IMG/VR virus record: IMGVR_UViG_3300035126_000842
Span: 58,314 to 122,313 of that record
Origin: a virus
Strand: one strand, 5' to 3'
DNA length: 64,000 nucleotides
Positions 1 to 10,100 of this stretch are shown piece by piece. Position numbers and translations under genes: made by a program. Under the pieces are notes generated by a model that saw nothing but the letters and a program-made list of their open reading frames with translations, did no database searches and was not told the DNA's origin. Each line of letters starts with the position of its first letter. Within the stretch, counting starts at the first letter, position 1.

Positions 1-3000
1 AGCAAATTAACAATATTATCGACACTAGATAATTTGTTTCTATTATTGAACAGAACCATGTTTAATGCATTTAATCCATCAATAATTGTAGAATCTTTTA
101 ACATATCTTTTATTAAAGTATCAGGATATTCAATACTACTGTTTAGGATACCTAATAATTTCAGATAGTTAACTATTTTATATATGTTGTCTTGGTATGT
201 AAATACAACCGTGCTTTTATACTGTGAAGATGTAGGGTCGTACAGCTTTTTATTTTCAGGGTGCGCAAAAAACTTTGCAGCATTAAACTTTAATTCAGAA
301 CCTACTTGTTCTAAACCGTATCTATTTTGTTCTTCCACAGATAGTTTTGAAACAAAGTCTGTGTATTCTATTTCTCTCTTATTCCAAAAACTAATAAACT
401 CTGTATTGCCTATATATGATTCTAAAATATATTGTTTCTTTTTAGAGTCATACGATACATTTGCTATAATAGGAAGTACTTTTTCTCTAGATAAACTTTT
501 TAATAATGAGTTAAATGTAAAGAAGTGTTCTTTTACGTGCTCATAAAATGCAGGGTATGCTTTGGCTTTTTCTTCTATAACATTCTCTGCATTTTGTATA
601 TTTAGCTGTTGCCATTTTTCTAGAGTGTTACCTCCTATTATTCCATATACACTTGCATAAAATAACTTATCTGTTATTGAACTACCATTTTGCGCATAAG
701 CTTTAATAATTTCAGGTATGCTTAAAGGATCTAATCTACCAACTAATCCTGGTGTAGATATTAACTTAGTAATTGCAATGTTTGCATTATCTAAGGTTAA
801 AGGTAAACCCGCAGAATCTCTTTCTACATAATGAGAACCTAATACAATATCACCGTTTCCTGCAACACTATATTTGTTTTTAGAAAACAACTCGTAAAAT
901 TCTCCTTTAGTAAGAATAGATTCAGCACCGGAAAGCATATTTACTTTATAGAAAAGGTCTCCTACTTTTTTAATACCTTCTGTTAGCGCATCGTTTATAT
1001 ACAAAGTATTATCCTTCAGCACTTTTATCTTAGGCATTTTTGTAAACATGAACTTTAAGTAAGGGGAAAAGTCATTATGTACCGAAGTGCTATTGTTACC
1101 TTTATCAGAATACTGACCATCATCTTTAGAAAGAAAATCTTCATCTTCATCTTGATAGATTTCATTGATGAATTCGTTCTCTTCTATATAATACTTAATA
1201 ATACCTTGGTTTTCTGTTCTGCTTTTTAATTTTGTTACATCACCTAAATTTTGCAGAGCAATTCCAAAAAGCTTTACTGTTGACTCATATGATTTTTTTA
1301 AGTCTTCGTTAGTAGTTTGCTCTACTAAGGATTTAAAAAGATTATATCTACTTTGCAGTCCTCGTGATATAAGCTGATAAACTGATTCTATGTTATCTAC
1401 TTTAAATAGAAGTCTAACACTACCTAATATTTTATCTTGAGCACCTGCTTGCATTAGCATTGGTGTTATACCGGCACTAAATATAATAGAGTCAATAGTC
1501 TTTTGTAGTAAAAGCGTTTCTTCACTAGTAAACTTATATCTAGTTTTTTTATCACCAACACCTACTATTGTTTTTTGCAAGATATTAGTTGAACCTTGAT
1601 TGATATCATATCTGTAGGCTTCAAGTTTTTTAATATCTCCTGTGTATAAAGTATTAAAAATTTCTCGTATAGCAGGGTTATCAAAGGCATTTATATTATT
1701 ATCTAAAGCAGTAGTTTTACTAAATAGAGAATCAAGAAGTTTTTTGATTGCTTTAAAAATTGCTTTTATTGCTTTAGTAACTACAGAGTTACTTTCATCT
1801 ATTGCAAATAATCTATACTGATCTGCTAAAAATTCCATTGCTTCCTCATAGGTATCTATTTCAGAAGCGGGTTTTGTTATTTGTTTATTCTTATAGTAGT
1901 ATGTAACTCTACCTTTTATCTTTTTTACTTCTTCAAAAAGCTGTTGCTTTTGTTCTGGAGTAAACCACATTTCAGTAAACTCATGCCATGCTTCATGATA
2001 TAAGTCAGTATATTGTGATCCATTATATAGTGTAACACCTGCTTTACTCCAAGTAGCAAAAGCTCCTGAATTTACTATATCAAAAAGTTTTTGCAATGGT
2101 ACATTTTTGGTTACAGGATTACTGTTAAACCATTCTAATGCTTTTTGATTAAGCTTATCTGTAGATAAGTTTGCAATGTTTTTAGACATCCATAGTACAT
2201 CTCCTAAATCTTCTTCTGCTACAAATTCATCTTTTTGAGTACTAAATGGTTCAGTAAAATTTATTGCTAGTATAGGATTCAATATAGGCAATGTATCACT
2301 ACCTTCTGATACAGTAACCGGTAGTTTATAATATTGTGCTATGTAGTCTGCACTATTTATTTTTGTTAATGTAAGAATTTTATTATCACCATCTTGAACT
2401 ATTGATGGAATTTCAATTTCTTGTTCATTAGGATTAAGCAAATAATTTTGCTCTAGACTTTGCCGTAAAGCTTGCTTAAAACCTTCTTTGTTATTAAGTT
2501 TTCTGTATTCTGTATAAGTCCTATCTGTTGGATTATAAATCTGTACATACCAATTTGACTCATAAGACTTTAGATTATGTTTTGCTGATGCAGTTTTAAA
2601 GGTTATTTCTTTAAAATAAAAAGATTCAAATATTCTTTGTTTTTCTTCGGTGGTTAATGGTACCCCTTGATATAGTATTTCATCATTACTCATTAACTCT
2701 ACTAATGCATCTACAATAGGAAGTAAACGCTCGTTTTTCCTTTCTGTAGGAGACCCTAGTTTATTATTACCTAAGAAAATTGTAATGTCAAATTTATCAT
2801 TTATGACCAAGCGAGCATTCTGTTTTACTCCAGAAACTTTAGCTGGGTTATAACTAACTGATGTTATACCACTTAAAAGCTCTCTCAAATCATTTGTAAT
2901 ATAGGTATCTCCTTTTTCTTCTAACTGGGATAGTTTAGAGATGTATCTTAAATAACCTATTCTACTATTTATATCATCTATTTTTATTAAGTTACTTTCA

Positions 3001-4088
3001 GGATTTACTAAAATTTTGTCTTTAATAAAACGAGCAATATTTCTTGTAGTAGAAAGCAGATTATTTACATAGTCCTTTTTTTCGTTTTCTATTATTTCTA
3101 TACTATTTTCTAACTCAATTATTCTATCAGCATTTCTTTCTGTTTCAAGATTTTCCTTGAGTGTATTTAAAGTATTGACTTTATACTTATTAGGATTTAA
3201 AACCATTCCTCTTTTTAAGAGTAAGTCTAATAGTACACTGTCTGTACTACCGTCCATATATTTATCTATGTTGTTTATTACTTCGTCTGGAATACGAGAG
3301 TAAGAAGCTATATAATAGCTACCACTAGAATCAATAACTCCATCATCATTAATAAACACAGGTTCCCCTTTAGCATCTGTTATAAGAAAGATATATTTGT
3401 TTCCTTTAGGATTACCATAAATTTTAGAAGAATCTACATCTTTTATATTATAAAGCCTGATGTAAAGGTTATTTAAAACAGGATCTTTATCTGAAATAGT
3501 TTTGAGAGTATTACTTAAAAAGTAATCAATAAACTTTCTAAAAGCTTTTACACCGTTGCTTTGAATTACATTTTTTGATAAATCGCTGTTGTCATAAAAC
3601 TCAGAATCAGTTGGTTGAAATAACAAAGCAATGTTCATTGTATTAATTTCAAACAAAGATTCTTCGTAATCTCTATCATCAACAGTAGTAATACTTATTG
3701 GAGTTATAACAGGATCTACAGTAGGTTTAAGATTAAGATACTCAAGTACTTTGCCCTTAGAAGAATCAGTTGCTATATTCCAAGGTATATTTCCAAGCTG
3801 TTCAACAATATACTCTGGAAAATACTTTGCATTTTTTTTATTTCTTGCTGTATTAACTAAAGCTACGGCACCTACTAAAGTAGCAAGTAAAGCTTTTTCA
3901 TACTTTTGAGACGGTTCATCTACTATATCCGTAACTTGTTTATAGTAATCTTGAATAAAACTTTTAAGGTTTAACTCTTGATTTGGCTCTAAACTATCAA
4001 AAGCTTTTTTATAAGATAAGACGAAATGATTTTCAAAATTCTCTAAATCTTCCGTTGTAATGTTGCAAGAAGTAGCTGATATATTCAT
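1..4088 (-). CDS. Giant virion cargo protein (runs off the window edge, >1360 aa) with zincin HExxH domain; candidate virion RNA polymerase precursor
   Basis: Not in the ORF track. ATG at 4088 (MNISATSCNITTEDLENF); the frame was open at every spot I translated, including bases 1-120. Contains HEAWH (1997..1983) followed by EEAMEFLADQY. Position as the last of the giant genes matches crAss-like vRNAP loci. No DxDxD catalytic motif seen in this portion. Confidence 0.75.
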   Translation of the reverse strand, partial: MNISATSCNITTEDLENFENHFVLSYKKAFDSLEPNQELNLKSFIQDYYKQVTDIVDEPSQKYEKALLATLVGAVALVNTARNKKNAKYFPEYIVEQLGNIPWNIATDSSKGKVLEYLNLKPTVDPVITPISITTVDDRDYEESLFEINTMNIALLFQPTDSEFYDNSDLSKNVIQSNGVKAFRKFIDYFLSNTLKTISDKDPVLNNLYIRLYNIKDVDSSKIYGNPKGNKYIFLITDAKGEPVFINDDGVIDSSGSYYIASYSRIPDEVINNIDKYMDGSTDSVLLDLLLKRGMVLNPNKYKVNTLNTLKENLETERNADRIIELENSIEIIENEKKDYVNNLLSTTRNIARFIKDKILVNPESNLIKIDDINSRIGYLRYISKLSQLEEKGDTYITNDLRELLSGITSVSYNPAKVSGVKQNARLVINDKFDITIFLGNNKLGSPTERKNERLLPIVDALVELMSNDEILYQGVPLTTEEKQRIFESFYFKEITFKTASAKHNLKSYESNWYVQIYNPTDRTYTEYRKLNNKEGFKQALRQSLEQNYLLNPNEQEIEIPSIVQDGDNKILTLTKINSADYIAQYYKLPVTVSEGSDTLPILNPILAINFTEPFSTQKDEFVAEEDLGDVLWMSKNIANLSTDKLNQKALEWFNSNPVTKNVPLQKLFDIVNSGAFATWSKAGVTLYNGSQYTDLYHEAWHEFTEMWFTPEQKQQLFEEVKKIKGRVTYYYKNKQITKPASEIDTYEEAMEFLADQYRLFAIDESNSVVTKAIKAIFKAIKKLLDSLFSKTTALDNNINAFDNPAIREIFNTLYTGDIKKLEAYRYDINQGSTNILQKTIVGVGDKKTRYKFTSEETLLLQKTIDSIIFSAGITPMLMQAGAQDKILGSVRLLFKVDNIESVYQLISRGLQSRYNLFKSLVEQTTNEDLKKSYESTVKLFGIALQNLGDVTKLKSRTENQGIIKYYIEENEFINEIYQDEDEDFLSKDDGQYSDKGNNSTSVHNDFSPYLKFMFTKMPKIKVLKDNTLYINDALTEGIKKVGDLFYKVNMLSGAESILTKGEFYELFSKNKYSVAGNGDIVLGSHYVERDSAGLPLTLDNANIAITKLISTPGLVGRLDPLSIPEIIKAYAQNGSSITDKLFYASVYGIIGGNTLEKWQQLNIQNAENVIEEKAKAYPAFYEHVKEHFFTFNSLLKSLSREKVLPIIANVSYDSKKKQYILESYIGNTEFISFWNKREIEYTDFVSKLSVEEQNRYGLEQVGSELKFNAAKFFAHPENKKLYDPTSSQYKSTVVFTYQDNIYKIVNYLKLLGILNSSIEYPDTLIKDMLKDSTIIDGLNALNMVLFNNRNKLSSVDNIVNL

Positions 4089-4108
4089 ATTGTAAATATA
4101 GTAAAATT

Positions 4109-7100
4109 TTAAGATTTAGGGTTATTAGGAGTACATGGTTTGTTAAATATAGCCTTAGCATCAACTTCAGGTAAGTTGTCCATATCTTTACCAGACCCAG
4201 ACGGTGTATCAATTTTTTCTCCTTCACCTGCAGATTCTTGTTTAAATGATAAGATCTTATTTTTGTTCTTAGAAACAGAATCTACAAAACTAGATATTGA
4301 TTGTGATTTAAGCTGAGGCTCTGCACCTATTGCAGAAAATACAAAGTAATTTAAATTATCACCAACAATTTTTTCAAGTACAATAAAGTTTGTTAAAGGA
4401 TTATTTAAATCAGTAATCGATACTGTTCCTAAACTAACATTAGCTAAGGTATTTATTACTTTTCGCAGAAACTGATTTTTATCCGAAACAGTAGTCCTTT
4501 CAGAATTGTAAAAACTTTCAAAGTAATTAAAAAGCTCGGTTGCTTTTGTATCAAGGTTATCTCTTAAGCTACTAAATTCTGAATAAAAAGGAGATTCTTT
4601 AGTTAATATTTTACTGAAAAGCTCAATGATTTCGTTTGAATTTAAACTACTAACATTAACACCACTTAATTCAGTTATAAGATTGGTTAGCAAAGATTCA
4701 TCAAAAATAATTCTATTAAAGAGATTCATTTTTAATCTGTAAAAAGCAGCTTCTGCTTCTACTACATCAGCACCTTTAAGTAAAACATCGCTAAAAGTTT
4801 GTCCTTCAGTTAATACTATGACTTTTTTATCAAATTCATTTTCAGCTGCTATATACTTAGCAACATCAGTCTCACCTGTTAAAATTCTATTACGTAATAT
4901 ATCACTACGTTGTTCACTTAAAACTGCAATATCAGCGTCTTTAATAAATCTTTTACTGCCTGTTACGTAAATTTTATTTGTATTTTTTTCATTTTTTCCT
5001 TGATTTATTTGATTTAAAACAGGATTGTACACTAAACTATCTAGATTTTCATAACCTACTTTTTTATTAAAAGCATTGATTATAGCAAATATATTTTCAT
5101 TTGTAAACTCCAAATCACCCGCAAAATTTTTTGTTTTATTTATTTCAGCAAGTCTGTTTAGCAATAAATCATCTACATCTATAAGAGTGTATTTTCTTTC
5201 ACTTTCAGGACGACTATTGTATTCTTGTACTAACCGTGTTTTTCCTATACCAGGAGTACCGTATATAAGTTTACCTACAAAAAACTCAAGGAAATCTTCT
5301 GTGGGTTTTATTATATTGTCTAATAAGTTTTTGTTTTTATCAAAAACAGATTTACTTATACCAAACCTAGCAACAAACATTTCTTTTTGCTCAGGAGATG
5401 TTGCTGTTTTGTATAAAGAAACCGCCTGTCTATTATCTTCATTAAGAAGTGTATTGTACCAATACTCAAATAAACCTGGGTTTGCATTAAAGAAATTATT
5501 AGAAAGCGTTGTTATCTCAGAAGGTTTACTTACAGAACCTTTTGTGTTGTTAAATACAAATACAGGAATTCCATTCACAGAAGTTACTGTTACAGAACCA
5601 ACCTGTTTATTGTCTTTGTATATAGGATAAGTAGTATCAAGTTTTATAGATGACACATTTCCTATACTAGACGTATTAGTTTGTGTAGCAGTTTCTGTAG
5701 CAACTGGTTCTTTTAAAGCAGCTAATTGTTTATAAGCATCACTATCTTTTCTACCAACTTTTTCAAGAGCTTGCATAGCTTGCTCTTTAGTCATTTCTCC
5801 TTTATTAACAGCATCTACATATTTTGCATCAGATATAGCGTTGATTCTATCGATATTTATTGGTAATTCTTTTTCAAGCTTATCAAGACTTTTTTGTCTA
5901 TCATCAATATTAAATTGATAAGTGCCATCTAAAGCTTCAAGTCCATTAGGATTATCTATTAATTTTTGTTTAAACGTTTCAATTCCTTTTAAATTAGTTC
6001 GTTTAGAAACATCATACTGTCTTTGATTTTCTTTTAACTCTTCCTGTCTTGTTTTTTCTATATCATCTATCTTAGCATCTACATTTGTCCCCGTAGGAGT
6101 TTCTTTTAAAGCAGCTAGTTCTCTTTCTAATTTAGCAATAGTTTCTTTTTGATCTTTTACAATTCTTTCTTGAGCATCTTTATTTGGATAATTTGGAGAT
6201 TCATATATTTGTAAACTTTGTTTAGCTTGATCTAACTTATACTCTAAATTTTCTTTTTTGTATAAGTCAAGGTAATTTTTAATATCACCTTCCATAAATT
6301 TATCCTGCTGATCAAGTCCCTTTACTTTATCTGCTGCTTCTAGTAAATCTATAAGTTCTTTTGGAGCATATTTTTCAACAACTTCTTTTCTCTTTTCAGG
6401 ACTTAATACAAGAGCATTTCCTGTTTTTGGATCAGATGCTTGAAACTCTCCATTAGATTGTTTTGGAAAAATAGACCACTGTCCTTTTTCAAAAAAAGCT
6501 AGAATATCAAAATTATCGCCTTTTAAAATTACTCTAAAATAAGCAGCTCCTTGAGCAGGCTCAAATAATCCTTTTACATTTTGTAATCCAAATTTTTTTC
6601 TTTTAGCTTCTATATCAGAAACAGGAGCTGGTTTTTCTTTCTTAGGTTTAGCAGTCCGTTTTTGAGTTTCCTCTTTTTCTTTTTTAGCATCTTCTAATCT
6701 AGCTTCTGTTTTTTGAGCACTAGGTTTAGCAGTTGGGGTAGGTGCTTTTTTAGTTTCTGGTGCGCGTTGTTCTCTTGTAGGTTTACTAGGTGCAGCTTTC
6801 TCTAACTTAATTTTATATAAATCAGGATATAATACTGCAAGTAAATTGTTAAGGTACCGTATTTGGTTGTTGTATTTTTGAACAACATTATACAAGTCAT
6901 CAAGACGTTCTTTTTCTTTTTGTTTAGCTCCTTCTACAATTTCTATAGAATCTAGATTATTTTCTATAGCTTTTTCAAGTTCGTCAGCTTGTTTCCTTAA
7001 TTTGTCGTATTCTGTTGTAGCAGAAGAATCCTCCGCATCGATTAACTTTCTTAGTTCTTCAGTGTTTAACCGTTTGAAGTTAGTATTCTTTTTAAATATT

Positions 7101-10100
7101 TCTAAGTCGTTAATAGCTTTAGTTGTAATTCTAACATACTCTTTAAGATAGAATACTGATTGTTTTATTGCTTTAACTAAACTAGCTATTATTTTTTCTA
7201 GAACTGATTTCTTTTTGTTAATAGTTTCTATTTTTTCTTCTATCTCTTCAAAGCTCAAAGTTTCAAAGTTTTTGTTAGCTATCATATTTCTATAATAGTT
7301 AATTTGATCAGATAGATCTTTATCTATTTTTTTAAGTTGTTCTAAGTCTTCTTTAAGATATTTAATCCTATTAGCTATATCGTTAAACAACTGCTTTTCA
7401 GTTCTAAACTGTTTTTTATATTCTTCTATACTTAAAGTTATGTTTTGTCCTCTCTTTGACTTTCTAGCAGAATTTGATGATATTGCCTCTTCAAGAGTTT
7501 TAATAGTATTAAGTATTTTTTTAACTTCTTCAAAACCTAATTCAGAAGTTTCATCTAAAAGCTCATTTAAATATTCTAGTGTGTTTTCAACATTTGTAAT
7601 ACTTTGTTCACCTCTTTCTTTTCTTTTTTCAAGAATGCCTATTGTATTATTAATAAGTTCTATTCTTTCTTCTAAAGAAAGAAGGGATGCATCAACAGGT
7701 TTTTTAACTTCTTCTTCAGAAACTTCTTCTTTTTTCTTTTCTTCTTCTGCTAAACCTTCTTCTGATTTTATTTCTTCTTCTGCTTTGGGTATAGGGGGTT
7801 GTTTTCTACCTACTTTAAGAGCTAATCGTTTTGTACCACTGCTTGAGTCTACAGAAGCTTCTATCTTAGTATAAGCTTTAGTTTTATTACTATCCTGTAT
7901 AGTTAAAGGTAATATAAACAAACCTGTTACTTTTATACCGGTTCTTTGTTCTAATAAATCAGCATAACTGTTCAACTGATTTTCGTCAGAATCTCTGTAG
8001 AAGAAAATGCTTTTTACATCAAAGTAAGGTTTTATTCCGTTTTCTTCTATACTTAAAAAGTTAGTTATTATTTCTCCTACTTCAGGATCATCACGCAAAT
8101 TTTTATCTTTGGAAACTATTTTGTTTTGGTTTTCTATTATTTTTTCTTTTACTAAATCGTATTTATCACCAGCTATTTTTTTAAGAGCTGCTTCCATAGC
8201 ATACGCTTTTCTTCTATCAGAACTAGAAGTTTTAAGATCTATTAGTAAAGCTTCACCTTTATCATTTATTGCAAGAATATCTGGAGTTCCTGCTACAAAT
8301 TGTCCGTCTATCTTTCCCCACAGCGTAGGTATATCAGCTCTAAGAGTATAACCTTGTGCTTCAATATTAGATATGAAATTTTCTAGAACAGATCTGAGAG
8401 TATCTAAATTAGCATCAGTGAATTCAAAAGCTTCAGGATTTTCTTTTTGTAATTGACTATACGCTTCTTTAAACTTTTCTTTACTTATAGTTTTATCACC
8501 GATAAGAGTTCTTAATAAACCATCTATTATGTTACCTCGGTGACTAAACTTTTCAGTTGCAAATTCTTTAGTTCTATATAAACTAGTTACACGTATCCAC
8601 TCTAAAGTACCGTCTATAGGATTACCCTCTTCATCAACTTGTACATAATATGACCTTTTAGTATCAGGGTCTTTTACTATTTTAAACTTAGCATTATTTA
8701 ATAACTCCAATGCTTCTTCTATTTCTTCTTTTGTAGTAGGAGTAGATGCTGCATTTTCTATGTTTTGAGCTAGCTTATCAAATTTATCTATTGCGCTAAC
8801 AAAAGAAAATCTTAGCGGACTATTAAAAATAGATTTAGCAAGTGCCTCTACAGCTTCATCAGATAATCCAGAATTTGATTTACGTATCTTATCTTTGATT
8901 CGCTCAAAATCTTTTTTATCCTTACTTAATTGTTCTGCAGCTTTCTTTTTCTTTTCTTTAAGCTTTTCGGTTTCTTTATCTACTTTAGATAAAGCTACCT
9001 TTTTATCATAAAAAGCATTAAGCAGTTCATCATATTCGTCAGATAAACGATCTACAGGAATAACAGAATCTGTTACGTCTGCACTAGGTTTTATAAAATC
9101 AACACTACCATCTTCATATTCATTTATAAATACACCATACGTGCTGAACATAAAATTGTAAAGAGCATTGTGCTCTAACAAACTAACCCCTCTGTTAACC
9201 ATATTAGCAACAAAGCTAGCATCGTTTAATATTTTCTCTAGATAATCAGTAGTATCATTTACTGTTGTAGCAAAACCTTGAGGATCTTGTAAAACTGAAA
9301 TTATACTAGTAAGTAATTCGTTTTCAGATTCTAAGGAAATATAATCTAAAATGTAATTAAGAGATTCGTTTATATTTTCAGTTTTGACTACAGAACTTTT
9401 TCTTTCAGGATTTTTATTTAGTAGATCTATGTAAAGTTTATAGTCATTAAGTAAATTCTGTCTTTCTTCATCCGTAAATTCAGTATTAGATTTAATTTTA
9501 GTTCTAAACGAATCAAACTTTTTAGCTAACTCTTGTAAAGCTGCTATCTTTTGTTTAAGATAATTTTCTTTTACTTTAGCCTTTTCTCTATCTTCAGGTG
9601 TAGTGGTAGGAGAACTTTGTGTAGATTTAGCTAGTTCAATTTCTTGTATAAGCTGATCTATTTTGTATCCATTTAATCTAAAAGAATCTACTAATACTAA
9701 AACATCATCAGAATCTATTTCTCCAAATTCAGGGAGCATAGTCATCATAGATTCTAACATTTTGCTTTTTCTAGCTGTACCATCCATTATAGTATCTTCA
9801 GCCATTATAAGCATTTTTCTTACTGTTTCAATCGCATTCTTTTTTGCCAGTAGTTTTGCATACATGGGGTCTTTTTTATCAACCCCTTTTAAACTTACAG
9901 GATTAACAAAATTATATTTATCATGTAGTTTTTTAATAGACTCTGCTCCAGAAATAGCTTTTGCAATATCAGATCTTAGTTGTGGAACTTCAGTAATGTC
10001 TTTACCAAAAGCTTCAGCTAATGATTTATCATCTAATTCAAGTTGACTTCTATAATCATCAACAAGATTATTATAGAATCCTCCTTTAATAGCATTAGAA

